64,000 bases of DNA from Oligoflexales bacterium (GTDB taxonomy: Bacteria; Bdellovibrionota_B; Oligoflexia; Oligoflexales; JALZUQ01), in assembly GCA_023301565.1 (NCBI GenBank), contig JALZUO010000016.1:6967-70966 (forward strand), in the 5' to 3' direction. The notes beneath the pieces are model-generated. The model had not been told where the DNA came from. It saw only the letters and a program-made list of their open reading frames with translations, and searched no databases. A program made the translations under genes and the position numbers. Position 1 is the first letter of the stretch; each line of letters begins with the position of its first letter. Shown here piece by piece: positions 51,262 through 61,681 of the stretch.

Positions 51262-52683
51262 TTAGTTCTTTAGGTTTGTGCACAACATTGAGTGGATATC
51301 ACCGGCCCCTAGAGCAATATAAGCACTCTCAACTGCACAAGCATTTAGCCATGAAAGTGAACAAAACTCTTCATTTGTAATAAAAGAGGTTTTACAGCCA
51401 GAGGTTTTTTCAATTTGTAAGCAAAACTGCTCCATAGAAAAATTTTCAGGCACTGCTTCTCCAGCAGAATAAGTTGGCAAAAGATACAATTCATCTGCTT
51501 TTCTAAATGATTTTAGGAAGTCGTCCCAAAGTTCATTTGTTCTTGAATATCTATGCGGCTGAAACAAGGCGCATACTTTCTTTTTTGGAAAAGCTTCTTT
51601 AATGCCAGAAATTGCTGCGCTTAGTTTTTCTGGGTTGTGTGCATAGTCGCTATAAAGAACAGAGTTTTGCATCTTTTGAATGAGTTCCATTCTTCTAGAT
51701 AAGCCAGAAAACCCCTCTATTCCTTTGACTGCTCTACTCAGTGGCTGGCCTAGCGAGGTTGCAGCTGCAAGAGCTGCAAGCGTATTGCTAGCTAAGAATT
51801 CACCTAAGCCCGGGACGTTAACCTCAACAGTCTCATAACGCCACTGCACGGTTATTTTTTGTTTTAACCCGTCGATAGCCCTGCTTAAAAGCCTAACCTC
51901 GCTCCCCATGGAGCGGCCGTAACTCAACAGGTTGATGTCGCTGCGAGCAGACTCTATGCGCCTAAAAAGATTGCGGCACTTTGGGTGGTCCCAGTTTAGG
52001 ACCAGGCTTGCTTTAGTTGGTAGGTTTTTTGCAGCTGCAAAAAAGGCATCTTCTATCTTTTCTTCAGACCCGTAGGCTCCTACGTGGTCTCGGTCAATGT
52101 TATGTACAACAAGGCAGCTTGGAGAGTATTTTACGAAAGACCCATCAGACTCGTCGAGCTCTGCTACCAGGGTATAGGGCTTTTGGTGGAGAGTTTTGCC
52201 AAGCTTTTTAACCATGTTATCCATGGAGACTGCGCCGACGACCCCGATCGGCTCGGGGCTAAAACCACTTAAAGCAGACAAGCAAAGCCCAGAAGTCGTG
52301 GATTTTCCGCTTGTTCCAGATATGCCGATGCTCAGTTTTGCAGAGTTGATCAAAGCATTCAAAACATCGGATCTATGCAAAAGCTTTAGATTTTTTTCTT
52401 TGGCCCAAATAAGCTCAGGATTTGTTTCATTAATAGCAGAGCTGACGACAACAATGTCTGCTTGCTGGACTAGCCCGGGCTTATGGCCTTGCTGTGAATC
52501 TATAAGGCGCAGCTTCAACTCTTTTGAAAGCGGCCGAACATCAGAGCCAGTCACAGAGTGACCCATATGGGCTAAGGTGCTTGCAATGGGCGCCATCCCA
52601 CTACCGCCTACACCAATAAAGTGAAAACGATTTGCTTTAGCTTCCTCTAGACAAAGAGGAATTTTTGATGCTGGATTGATCAA
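51262..52683 (-). CDS. murC: UDP-N-acetylmuramate--L-alanine ligase
   Basis: FHFIGVGGSGMAPIA N-terminus, Mur ligase P-loop GTSGKSTT, 473 aa. The ORF overlaps the ftsW 3' end by 47 nt. Confidence 0.9.
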   Translation of the reverse strand: MINPASKIPLCLEEAKANRFHFIGVGGSGMAPIASTLAHMGHSVTGSDVRPLSKELKLRLIDSQQGHKPGLVQQADIVVVSSAINETNPELIWAKEKNLKLLHRSDVLNALINSAKLSIGISGTSGKSTTSGLCLSALSGFSPEPIGVVGAVSMDNMVKKLGKTLHQKPYTLVAELDESDGSFVKYSPSCLVVHNIDRDHVGAYGSEEKIEDAFFAAAKNLPTKASLVLNWDHPKCRNLFRRIESARSDINLLSYGRSMGSEVRLLSRAIDGLKQKITVQWRYETVEVNVPGLGEFLASNTLAALAAATSLGQPLSRAVKGIEGFSGLSRRMELIQKMQNSVLYSDYAHNPEKLSAAISGIKEAFPKKKVCALFQPHRYSRTNELWDDFLKSFRKADELYLLPTYSAGEAVPENFSMEQFCLQIEKTSGCKTSFITNEEFCSLSWLNACAVESAYIALGAGDIHSMLCTNLKN

Positions 52684-53764
52684 TTTCTGCCTCCCGGTCT
52701 AAACATATCAAGATTCCGATAAGAGAAAGAAAAACTAACAAGGACGAGGTTCCAGCGCTTACAAAGGGCAGTGAAATTCCTTTGGTTGGTACAAGGCCCA
52801 AGGTTACGCTTAGATTAAAGATCGCCTGCAGGGATATGAGCAAGGAAATTCCGAGCGCTAGGAAAAAGCGCCGCTTTATTCGCTGTTTAAATGCAATCTG
52901 CAGGCCTAAATATGTCACAATAGCAAAGCAAGTGGCTACAAAAAGGCTACCTGTAAGGCCTAGCTCTTCTCCAACAATAGAAAAGATAAAATCTGTGTGA
53001 GATTTTGGAAGAAAAAACAGCTTCTGCTTAGACTCTCCAAGCCCAACCCCAAGAACGCCTCCGTTGCGAAAAGCAAGAAAGCTTTGCACGAGCTGGTAGC
53101 CCCCGTCTCTTACGTTTTCCCATGGGTCCAAAAAACTAAGGACTCTTCGCATCCTGTAGGGTGCTTGCCAAATGGCAAGTCCAGCAAGGGCTACAATGGT
53201 GACTCCAAGGATTGCAAAGTATTTGGTAGCAAGTCCAGCCACCCAAAGTAATAGTATAAATACGGCCGTTAACAGGGCTGTGGTTCCGAAGTCAGGCTGC
53301 AGCATCATCAGAAAAACAAAGCATAGGAAGATCACAGATATAGGGATCAGTCGCGGAAGTCTTTCTTTAGTTAGAGGAAAAGCTTTACCAAGAGCTTCGG
53401 CAGAAATCAGGATAAAAGCAATTTTTGTCAGCTCACTTGGCTGAAAGCCGAACCCGAATAGTCTGACCCATCTAGTGGCTCCACCGGCTGCATGTCCAAC
53501 CCCAGGTATCATTACAAGCGACATTGCAATAAAAGCACCAAAAAGAATAAGCCAACGCAGGGAAAAAAGCCTGTCTACTCCGGCAATTTGAATCACACCA
53601 ATTGAAACTACGCCCAAAGCAATACCTAGCCACTGCTTTTTAACAAACAAAAAACTAGACCCATACTTTAAGTGGCCGTCTACACCGGAGGCAGAAAAAA
53701 TCAGCAGTCCGCCGATTGCGCACAAGAATAAACAGACGATAAGTAATAGGTTGCGGTTTTGCAT
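52637..53764 (-). CDS. ftsW: SEDS-family peptidoglycan glycosyltransferase FtsW
   Basis: Polytopic 375-aa protein with SEDS-typical segments (QPSELTKI, HTDFIFS, GLVPTKGISLPFVSAGTSS) in dcw context. Confidence 0.88.
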   Translation of the reverse strand: MQNRNLLLIVCLFLCAIGGLLIFSASGVDGHLKYGSSFLFVKKQWLGIALGVVSIGVIQIAGVDRLFSLRWLILFGAFIAMSLVMIPGVGHAAGGATRWVRLFGFGFQPSELTKIAFILISAEALGKAFPLTKERLPRLIPISVIFLCFVFLMMLQPDFGTTALLTAVFILLLWVAGLATKYFAILGVTIVALAGLAIWQAPYRMRRVLSFLDPWENVRDGGYQLVQSFLAFRNGGVLGVGLGESKQKLFFLPKSHTDFIFSIVGEELGLTGSLFVATCFAIVTYLGLQIAFKQRIKRRFFLALGISLLISLQAIFNLSVTLGLVPTKGISLPFVSAGTSSLLVFLSLIGILICLDREAEIDQSSIKNSSLSRGS

Positions 53765-53814
53765 ACCCCTATTCTACAGCTTTTATGCTTTATACAAAAC
53801 ATGTTAACCGGCCA

Positions 53815-54306
53815 TTAGCTAAGCGCTTGGCCTTCACTATCTCTAAAGGAGTTTGTTAAAAGTCTAACAAGATCAATCAGTGCCCATATTAGAAGTCCGC
53901 CTAGTGTAAAAAACTGTATAAGGCCTGTTTTCCACTTTCCAACGTAAAACCTGTGGACTCCGAAAAGACCAAGAAACCAGCAAAGCAGAGTAGCCACTAT
54001 TTTTGATTTTGTTCCTGCCGGTGCTTGAGGTGTATTTTGTATACCTGCCGCCATTTGCCCTTGGGCCCCAAACGGGTTTGCCCCTTGTTGTTGCATGCTT
54101 GATTGTATGTGCGGCTGCATGCTTGGTTGTGCAGCTTGCTGTGCAATAGGCTGACTGGTTTGTGCTTGAGCCGCCTGCATACTTTTGGCCCCCGGCGCCC
54201 TAAAAGGATTTGCAGCAGGTTGAGCTGGCTGTGCTGTTGGGGCAATTTGCTGCAGGTTCATACCGGTGTTTGCAATCGTAGGCATAGTCATTGTAGGAAA
54301 ATCCAT
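53815..54306 (-). CDS. TM2-domain membrane protein with a Gln/Ala/Pro-rich N-terminal region
   Basis: The C-terminal 65 aa or so, KIVATLLCWFLGLFGVHRFYVGKWKTGLIQFFTLGGLLIWALIDL, match the TM2 two-helix pattern. The N-terminal 95 aa or so are Q/A/P low complexity. Confidence 0.6.
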   Translation of the reverse strand: MDFPTMTMPTIANTGMNLQQIAPTAQPAQPAANPFRAPGAKSMQAAQAQTSQPIAQQAAQPSMQPHIQSSMQQQGANPFGAQGQMAAGIQNTPQAPAGTKSKIVATLLCWFLGLFGVHRFYVGKWKTGLIQFFTLGGLLIWALIDLVRLLTNSFRDSEGQALS

Positions 54307-54426
54307 AGCTCACTCCTTTAGGTTTCAAAGCGCTGTCCTTATCAGCTCTGCCCGCCTATTCGGAGAATTACAGGAGATAAATAAAGGCTAAGGTAAAAAT
54401 TCGATAAATATTTGATTATATTGGAT

Positions 54427-55716
54427 TTATTTGAGCTGCTCGAGGGCGAGTTTTTCAAAACTTTTTCCTCGCTCCATAAAATCATTGAATTCATCAAAGC
54501 TGGCACAGCCCGGAGAGAGCATCACAAAAGCCTCCTCCTCCCGGTCTTTAAAAGCCTGCTTTGTTGCCTGCTCTAGGTTTGTATGTTTTGTTTTCAAGAA
54601 GCATCGGCCCACAGAAATAGCTTCAAACAGACTCTCTGCGCTCTCTCCAAAACAATACCAGTGGACACTTAACTCTTTATTTACACAAAGCTCTTTAAGC
54701 TCATGAAAGCTTGGAGCGAACTCTTCTTTTTTAGCGCGGCCGCCAACAAGGATATGGGCTGTTTCTTCTCTTGTCATTTGATCGAATAATTTTTTTACCC
54801 CAAAGCAGAGGCTGTGCATATTGGTGCTTTTTGAATCGTTGACCACCCTTGGGTCACTCTTAAGAGGCTGCCAACGGAAGGGGGGATCAACCAAATGAAG
54901 TTTACTATAGGGCAGAGGCATTTTGGTGATTGTATATACAAGGCTTTTAGCAAAGTTTATATTTAGGTTTTGTATAGATTCTCCTGCAGAGATACTGGTT
55001 ACCATTGGGTTTGGCTTTTTTATTTCCGCAAAAAAAAGCCTAGCATCTTTAGAGATAAAAAAAGGAAGGTCAGCGCCTAAACAAAGCTGTATAAGCCTTG
55101 CTTTTGCTTGCTTATACTTTTCATGCGAGCCATGCCAGCTCAAGTGGTCTGCTGCAAAGCTGGTGATTGCCCCACCTTTGAGTGTATAGGCATTTTCTAA
55201 ATAGTGTAGCTGATAGCTGGACAGCTCCACTGCCAAACCATGAGGTGTCAGCGCTTTATTTTTTGAACTGTTTAAAGCAATTTCGCAAACAGGAACACCA
55301 AAGTTGCCACACGCAGGTATGTTCAGGCCTTGTTTACTTGCAATCTGTTCGACGTAACTTACAACCGTTGATTTTCCGTTAGTGCCCGTTACTCCAATCC
55401 AGGGAACATTGCGCAAAATTGATAGGCCCAGCTCAATTTCGGTTAGAACAGGCTTTCCCTCTTCCTTCGCACGGCGGATCCATTTATTTGAGGGTGCAAT
55501 TCCCGGGCTCACAACCAATGAAGTAATCTTTGTCCAAAAATCCTCCGGCCGGCGGAAACAAGTTTTTGGCAGACCTAGCTGCAAAAGTTTTTTTTCTATG
55601 TCTAAAGCATCGAGCTCCAGCCAACTGTCTTGAAAAACGCAAAACTCTTCTTTCAAATGAATAAGAAGTTTGGCGGCAGCCGAGCCTGATTTTCCGAGAC
55701 CGTAAACTAGGCGCAT
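54427..55716 (-). CDS. murD: UDP-N-acetylmuramoylalanine--D-glutamate ligase
   Basis: Mur ligase P-loop GTNGKSTV, 429 aa, directly downstream of mraY. Confidence 0.88.
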   Translation of the reverse strand: MRLVYGLGKSGSAAAKLLIHLKEEFCVFQDSWLELDALDIEKKLLQLGLPKTCFRRPEDFWTKITSLVVSPGIAPSNKWIRRAKEEGKPVLTEIELGLSILRNVPWIGVTGTNGKSTVVSYVEQIASKQGLNIPACGNFGVPVCEIALNSSKNKALTPHGLAVELSSYQLHYLENAYTLKGGAITSFAADHLSWHGSHEKYKQAKARLIQLCLGADLPFFISKDARLFFAEIKKPNPMVTSISAGESIQNLNINFAKSLVYTITKMPLPYSKLHLVDPPFRWQPLKSDPRVVNDSKSTNMHSLCFGVKKLFDQMTREETAHILVGGRAKKEEFAPSFHELKELCVNKELSVHWYCFGESAESLFEAISVGRCFLKTKHTNLEQATKQAFKDREEEAFVMLSPGCASFDEFNDFMERGKSFEKLALEQLK

Positions 55717-55717
55717 A

Positions 55718-56797
55718 TCATCGAAGCTTTACGCTAAGAAGGCTGATCAATGCCAAAATGATAGAGATGATCCAAAACCGTACGATCACTTTAGGCTCTG
55801 GCCAGCCTTTAAGTTCAAAATGGTGATGGATAGGAGCCATTCTAAAAATTCTTTTGCCTGTTAACTTGAACGAAGTAACCTGGGCAATCACCGAAAGACC
55901 CTCGACAAGAAAAACTCCACCTAGAATAAGCAGTAGAATTTCATGCTTTGTAAAAACCGCTAAGGCGCCAATAGCTGCTCCCAAAGGTAGTGACCCAGTA
56001 TCTCCCATAAACACCTGAGCAGGGTAAGTGTTGTACCACAAGAAGCCTAGACCAGCCCCGACTAAGGCAGCAGCGAAAATAGCAAGCTCACCGGTTCCAG
56101 CCAAAAAAGGATAGTTAAGGTATTCAGCAAAGACAGCATTGCCCGTTAGGTAGCCAAGTATTCCAAGGCAGGCTGCATTGATCATGATAGGTCCGATAGC
56201 AAGGCCGTCTAGACCGTCGGTCAGGTTTACTCCGTTGCTTGTTCCTGAGATTACAAGGGCGCCAAAGCCAACATATAAAATGCCTAAGTCGAAGCTAAGG
56301 TCTTTTAAAAATGGAAACAGCAGATTAGAATCGCCAGCTCCGTAAAAGTATTCAAAACCACAAAAGCTGATGCCGATAAGAAACTGAAGGCCAAGTTTTT
56401 GCCGGGCCGATAAGCCTTGCGTATTTTTCTTGGCTATTTTTAGATAGTCGTCCATAAAGCCCATTAGGCCATAGAAAAACGTGATGCCTATAACATACCA
56501 ACAATAACGGTTTCGTAGGTCCATCCAAAGCAGCCCGCTGCCAAGGACTGCAAACAAGATCAACGCACCACCCATGGTAGGTGTTCCAGATTTGGAAAGG
56601 TGCGTTTTAGGTCCGTCATCTCTTACTTGCTGCCCTAGCTGCTTTTTTTGCAGCCACCGAATAAAGGTCGGTCCAAGCAAAAAAGAAACAAGCAAAGCAG
56701 TCAGCATAGCCATGCCTGCTCGAAATGAAATATAAGGCGCAACCCCAAAACCTGTGGCCTGAGATAGGCCCAGAGCTTCGACTAGAAAAAGAATCAT
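55718..56797 (-). CDS. mraY: Phospho-N-acetylmuramoyl-pentapeptide transferase
   Basis: Motifs GTPTMGG, FMDDY, NLTDGLDGLA, FMGDTGSLPLG and PIHHHFE. ATGA overlap with the murF stop. Confidence 0.95.
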   Translation of the reverse strand: MILFLVEALGLSQATGFGVAPYISFRAGMAMLTALLVSFLLGPTFIRWLQKKQLGQQVRDDGPKTHLSKSGTPTMGGALILFAVLGSGLLWMDLRNRYCWYVIGITFFYGLMGFMDDYLKIAKKNTQGLSARQKLGLQFLIGISFCGFEYFYGAGDSNLLFPFLKDLSFDLGILYVGFGALVISGTSNGVNLTDGLDGLAIGPIMINAACLGILGYLTGNAVFAEYLNYPFLAGTGELAIFAAALVGAGLGFLWYNTYPAQVFMGDTGSLPLGAAIGALAVFTKHEILLLILGGVFLVEGLSVIAQVTSFKLTGKRIFRMAPIHHHFELKGWPEPKVIVRFWIISIILALISLLSVKLR

Positions 56798-58287
56798 AAA
56801 CTACCCTTTGTGTGTAAGGCTTTTTCCCAACAAGCTGGGATCTTATGTAAGCCGATGGTGTTAGAGGCTTTCAGGTATACTAGCTCGGAGTTGTCTATGG
56901 TCCCATTTTGCACCCAAGAATTCCATGTGGAACTTTGCAGAAGTGCTTCTAGGCTTTCAAAGTGCTGGTGCACACAAGGTGCATCTTTCCCAAATGCCCC
57001 TGCGAACTCCCCGACTGTAACCAGTTTCTTTAGGTTTGCCAGCCTCTGGATGGTTTCGGCTACGCTAGCATGCATACTGGCGCTAGCGTTGCCAAGCTCG
57101 AGCATAGTACCAAGCACCAATGTTTTTTCTTTATCGGCATGGTGAGTAGCCAAAGTGTTTAAGCCAGCTTTAAGGCTCTGCGGGTTGCTATTGTACGCGT
57201 CATTTATAAAAACAGAATTCCCATTACCCATTGAGATGCTCTCAAATCTACCAGCTTCGCTGCTGGTTTGGCCAAGCGCCTCTGCCGCAGCCCTCAGGCC
57301 CGAGTCAAAAAGTAAGTCCACAACACCGATAGCAGCACATATAGCCAGAGCCGAGCCGGGCCCAACGGCAGATGTTTGGATTTGAGCCTCTTGTTTTGCT
57401 CCAAAAATTTTTAGATCCAAAAAACCGTTGTTAGCATCTTGCTTGACCCTATACGTAGAAACAAAACCACTGCCTTGCCCGGCTTCACCAAAGAACGTTA
57501 GGTTTGAGCATTTTTTATCTGCAGCTTCGCGCAGATCTTGCTGGTCGCCAAAACAAAAACCGAGTTTGGTACCGTTGGCAAGAATCTCTGTTTTTTCCTG
57601 TAATATGTTCTCGTAAGAGCCAAATACCCCTATATGCGAGTCGCCAGCGTTCAAACAAATCCCTATATCAGGCTCAGTAAGGGCTGTTAAAAGCTTTATG
57701 TCTCCAACGTTTCTAGCTCCAAACTCTAAAACGACACATCTGGTCGCAGCCGTGCATTGCAAGATCGTTTTGGGTACACCTATTTCGTTGTTAAAGCTTC
57801 CAGGTGGGGCCACAACTTTGTCTTTTCCTAGAGCAGCAACAAGAGCTGCAGCGACCATTTTTTTGGTCGTGGTTTTGCCTACGCTGCCCGTTATGGCAAC
57901 CACCTTTGGGCCAGAGACCAAAGGGTTGTGGCCGTTTTTCCGTAGCCATGCTAGCCAGCCGCTTGCGAGCTTCCCATAGGCTCGAATCGTGTCTTTAACG
58001 ACGATAGCTTTGCTTCTCAGCTCTGGGCTGTCTACATCAAAAAAATGCTCTTGAGAACAGATTACGGCCGAGACACTAGAGAGAAGCTTGCTGTCTATAA
58101 AGTTATGGCCATCAAAGCGTTCACCTTTGATAGCAATAAAACTACTTTGTTGCGGTATTGACCTGGTATCTGAAAAAATCTTTTGGGGATAAAAAGTACT
58201 AGCTTTTAAGTCTTCTGCAAGAATGACCAGTTCATCGTTCAACCATTTGCTAGCTTGCTCCCAGGTGGGTAGTTGCATTTCAGTCAA
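56794..58287 (-). CDS. murF: UDP-N-acetylmuramoyl-tripeptide--D-alanyl-D-alanine ligase
   Basis: Mur ligase P-loop GSVGKTTT, DAYNSNP motif, and a position between murE and mraY. Confidence 0.88.
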   Translation of the reverse strand: MTEMQLPTWEQASKWLNDELVILAEDLKASTFYPQKIFSDTRSIPQQSSFIAIKGERFDGHNFIDSKLLSSVSAVICSQEHFFDVDSPELRSKAIVVKDTIRAYGKLASGWLAWLRKNGHNPLVSGPKVVAITGSVGKTTTKKMVAAALVAALGKDKVVAPPGSFNNEIGVPKTILQCTAATRCVVLEFGARNVGDIKLLTALTEPDIGICLNAGDSHIGVFGSYENILQEKTEILANGTKLGFCFGDQQDLREAADKKCSNLTFFGEAGQGSGFVSTYRVKQDANNGFLDLKIFGAKQEAQIQTSAVGPGSALAICAAIGVVDLLFDSGLRAAAEALGQTSSEAGRFESISMGNGNSVFINDAYNSNPQSLKAGLNTLATHHADKEKTLVLGTMLELGNASASMHASVAETIQRLANLKKLVTVGEFAGAFGKDAPCVHQHFESLEALLQSSTWNSWVQNGTIDNSELVYLKASNTIGLHKIPACWEKALHTKGSL

Positions 58288-58299
58288 GGTAGAAACTCC

Positions 58300-59898
58300 T
58301 TAGGTTGCTTGTTGACTGGCCCATTGTCGCACTTTTTCTGCGTCATCAAAAGCAATCACTTGATCACCAATAACTTGCGTGGTCTCGTGGCCCTTTCCAG
58401 CAATGACCACACAGTCCCCATCAGCTGCATGGTCTAGGGCATAGCGTATGGCCAAGGATCTATCTGCTTCCGTATAGAGTTTTGATGGGCTTACTGCAGC
58501 GGCAATATCTTTGACAATAGCTTCTGGCGCTTCGCTTCTGGGGTTGTCGGAGGTGACAACCACCTTGTCAGCTTTTTCAGAGGCTGCTAGGCCCATCATA
58601 GGCCTTTTGGAAGTATCACGGTCTCCGCCGCAGCCAAAAACAACCCACAACCTGCATGTCTCAGGACCTTCAGCTTTTTGACTCTCTAAATATTGCCGGC
58701 CGTTTTCCAAAACTTTTTCCAGTGCATCTGGCGTATGAGCGTAGTCTATAAAGACATGAAGACGTTTTCTAGTATCCAGTATGACCTTTTCAAACCTGCC
58801 TCGCACTTGGACCTGGTTTGTATCTACCTTTGTAAGGTCGTGAACGTAGCCCGTAGTTTTAACCATAGACAATGAGCATAAAAGGTTTGACAGGCTAAGA
58901 GAGTCGTAGTGGGTTTGATTTGCAAGCTTTGCTTGCCACACAGGCTTGTCACCGTTTGTGTGTTCAACCAGTATGCTTTGACGGCCAAGCCTGTTTAAAG
59001 AAAAACAAGGCCCTTCGACCGAGTGCTTTTCAAGTTCTTTTTTGAGACCGTACACAGCCACAAACTGTGCTGGCTTTTTGAATTTTTTGAAAGCAGACAT
59101 AAACTTTTCAAAAACGCTTACGTGTACAAAGATAGATGCGTCGTTTTCAGCATAGCGAATGAAAAAATTCATTTTTGCTTGAAAGTACTCGTTCATTGTT
59201 TTGTGCAAATCGAGATGATCTTGGCTGAAACTTGTAAAGCTCAAGGCACTAAACTTCATCCCTACAAGTTTTTGGTGGAGTATCGACTGTGAGGCCACCT
59301 CCATAATGTTCAGTTTACAGCTAGACTTTTTTGCTTCGCGCAATAGAACATTAAGAGTGTCAGGGTCTGGAGTCGTGTGCGGGGTGTTGACCTGCCACCT
59401 GCCTGCCTCACAGAAAAGCTCAGCCCCTAGTGTTCCAAACGCTATGTGGGGGGTTTTAATTTGCGCTAAAAGCATGCTGGTCATTTGGCTAACGCTTGTT
59501 TTTCCATTTGTTCCTGTGACCCCCCAGCTGCAAAAGCTTTTCGCGGGATCGTGTAGAGCTCTTTGGCAGCTTTGCGTCCATGCAGCTCGGGCGTTTGGCA
59601 AAACCCAGACAGGGGTTTTAGTAGCAACGCTTGGCATTTTTTCACAAACCAGCGCGCCAATGCCTGACAAAAATTCGCTTGTTAACAAGCTATGCGGGTC
59701 AAAACTAGTTCCTGGATAACAAAAGAAGACAGATTCAGAGCCGGCATTGCGCGAGTCGGTCGTGATATTTAGAGTCGTATTTAATGCGTTAGGAGGTGAA
59801 TCGCTTATCGCCGGTGCCCCAAACAGATCTCTAAGATCTTTAGTTTGAATCCGTAGAGGTTTTTTCAGCTGTGTTTGAATTTCTATTTCTTTGCTCAT
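58300..59898 (-). CDS. murE: UDP-N-acetylmuramoyl-L-alanyl-D-glutamate--2,6-diaminopimelate ligase; start uncertain
   Basis: TTDSRN, P-loop GTNGKTSV, DYAHTPDAL, and DNPR near the C-terminus. The first ATG is at 59898 and a GTG at 59904; either overlaps the ftsI 3' end by about 60 nt. Confidence 0.9.
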   Translation of the reverse strand: MSKEIEIQTQLKKPLRIQTKDLRDLFGAPAISDSPPNALNTTLNITTDSRNAGSESVFFCYPGTSFDPHSLLTSEFLSGIGALVCEKMPSVATKTPVWVLPNARAAWTQSCQRALHDPAKSFCSWGVTGTNGKTSVSQMTSMLLAQIKTPHIAFGTLGAELFCEAGRWQVNTPHTTPDPDTLNVLLREAKKSSCKLNIMEVASQSILHQKLVGMKFSALSFTSFSQDHLDLHKTMNEYFQAKMNFFIRYAENDASIFVHVSVFEKFMSAFKKFKKPAQFVAVYGLKKELEKHSVEGPCFSLNRLGRQSILVEHTNGDKPVWQAKLANQTHYDSLSLSNLLCSLSMVKTTGYVHDLTKVDTNQVQVRGRFEKVILDTRKRLHVFIDYAHTPDALEKVLENGRQYLESQKAEGPETCRLWVVFGCGGDRDTSKRPMMGLAASEKADKVVVTSDNPRSEAPEAIVKDIAAAVSPSKLYTEADRSLAIRYALDHAADGDCVVIAGKGHETTQVIGDQVIAFDDAEKVRQWASQQAT

Positions 59899-61681
59899 CT
59901 GCACCGTCGTTTTTTTCTTTGCTTGCTAGGCGCTCATTTTTTGCAGCACCAGCTGCAAGCTCTTTGAGGGCCTTTTCTTTAAGAAGCTTTTTCTCACTGG
60001 GTACATTAAGGTATTTTAAGGTGGCTTCAACGACCTCCTTAAAAACCGGAGCTGCCCAGAGGTTTCCATAGTAGGGCTTTTGGCTCGGCTCGTCGATACT
60101 CACGTAGACACTGATAGCAGGGTCATAAAACGGTGCAAAACCGGCAAACCCAGCGATTCTTTTGTCTTTTGAATAGCCCCGCCCATCTTCGTTGGCTTTC
60201 TGTGTGGTGCCAGATTTTCCAGCAACTCTATAATGCTTAGATTTAGCGTTCGAGGCCGCCGATTTTTCGACAACAGCCAAGGCCGCGTTGGCTACAAACC
60301 TGGTGGTGTCAGCGCTTAAAATAGTGCTGTGTTTAGGTTCGGCCTGCCAAAGAACTTGGCCAGAGTTTGTTTCGATGCGGTCTACGAAAGATGGCTCTAT
60401 ATAGCGGCCGCCATTGGCCAGCACATTCCAGGCTGTAATGACTTCGAGTCCGCTAACTAAAAACCCTTGTCCAAATGAAATGTTGGCAAAGCGAATATCT
60501 CTCCAGCCGTCCGGGTTAGATATACGACCGGGAGCTGCCCCTCTAATCCCAGCTGTTGTTTCAGGGTTGCCAAACCCAAACTTTTTGTAGCCGTCGTAAA
60601 GCTCTTTCTTCCCAAGCATTTGAGCAGCTTTAAATGCACAAATGTTAGAAGATTTAACTAAAATTCCTTCGAGCCCTAACCACTCTGCTTTTTTTGTATC
60701 TCGAATGGTATGTCTTCCCACCTTAAACTTGCCGTTTTCGCAAAAGAAAAAGTCATCTTCTTTTAAGTTTCCAGTCTCGAGGCCTTGCGCTATTAAAAAT
60801 GGTTTAACAATAGATCCTGGCTCAAACCGGTCACTAAAAGCCTTGTTGCGGAACAGCTCACCGCGGTAACGCTGGCGCCGGTGTGTTGGTGGGGTTGGGC
60901 TATTTGCAACTGCAAGGAGCTTGCCTGTGTGCGGGTCCGCAACGATGGCAAAGCCTGACTTAGCACCAGCGCGCTCAACTCCTTTGGCAAGAGCTTCTTC
61001 AGCAATTTGTTGGATAGCACGGTCTATCGTTAGAACGATGGAGCTTCCTGTGTGAACATTTTTAATATCGGTCGTATTGAGGAAAAGCAGCCTACCCTTG
61101 GCATCTTTTGTTGGCGTAGCCATGTTTGGGCTACCAGCAAGCTCTTTTTCGTATAAAGACTCAAGCCCGGCAAGGCCTTGATTGTCTGTACCCACAAGGC
61201 CTATAAGCGGTGCTGCCAGGGAGCCTGATGGGTAAGAACGGGCCGGCTCGTTTAGTATATGAAGGCCTTTTATCTTTAACGCCTTAACTTTTTTGGCCGA
61301 AGCAGCGCTGATCTTGCGAGCTACATATGCAAAGTGAGATTTTTTACGTGAGATGGTTAGGATTTTTTTCGACGGTACCCGAAGGTGTGCACTTAATTTT
61401 TTAATCTCTTCGCGAGTAGGCGAAAAGACTTTTGGGTTTACATAAACTGTTGGCAGCCGAATACCAACGGCCAGCGGATCTCCGCCTCTATCTAAAATTT
61501 GCCCGCGAAAAGGCGGCAGCTTTACCGTGTCTTCATACTGCCGGGCGATTCTATCAAGCACCCCTTCGTGAGAAGGAAAAACATGTAGACGTACCATCTG
61601 AGCAAATATTCCGGCAAAACCAAAACAAAAAATGGCGAAAACCACCTTGCTACGTTTTTGATAGAGGTGCTCTAAACTCAC
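59840..61681 (-). CDS. ftsI: Class B penicillin-binding protein / division transpeptidase FtsI
   Basis: N-terminal TM helix. Transpeptidase motifs SIVKP (SxxK), SSN and KSGT. GTGA overlap with the ftsL stop. Confidence 0.9.
   Translation of the reverse strand: MSLEHLYQKRSKVVFAIFCFGFAGIFAQMVRLHVFPSHEGVLDRIARQYEDTVKLPPFRGQILDRGGDPLAVGIRLPTVYVNPKVFSPTREEIKKLSAHLRVPSKKILTISRKKSHFAYVARKISAASAKKVKALKIKGLHILNEPARSYPSGSLAAPLIGLVGTDNQGLAGLESLYEKELAGSPNMATPTKDAKGRLLFLNTTDIKNVHTGSSIVLTIDRAIQQIAEEALAKGVERAGAKSGFAIVADPHTGKLLAVANSPTPPTHRRQRYRGELFRNKAFSDRFEPGSIVKPFLIAQGLETGNLKEDDFFFCENGKFKVGRHTIRDTKKAEWLGLEGILVKSSNICAFKAAQMLGKKELYDGYKKFGFGNPETTAGIRGAAPGRISNPDGWRDIRFANISFGQGFLVSGLEVITAWNVLANGGRYIEPSFVDRIETNSGQVLWQAEPKHSTILSADTTRFVANAALAVVEKSAASNAKSKHYRVAGKSGTTQKANEDGRGYSKDKRIAGFAGFAPFYDPAISVYVSIDEPSQKPYYGNLWAAPVFKEVVEATLKYLNVPSEKKLLKEKALKELAAGAAKNERLASKEKNDGADEQRNRNSNTAEKTSTDSN

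Noticed and set aside
56919-56934. parS-like sequence AATTCCATGTGGAACT inside murF
   Set aside because: It has four mismatches to the 16-mer, including the central CG. It is most likely a chance match within coding sequence.
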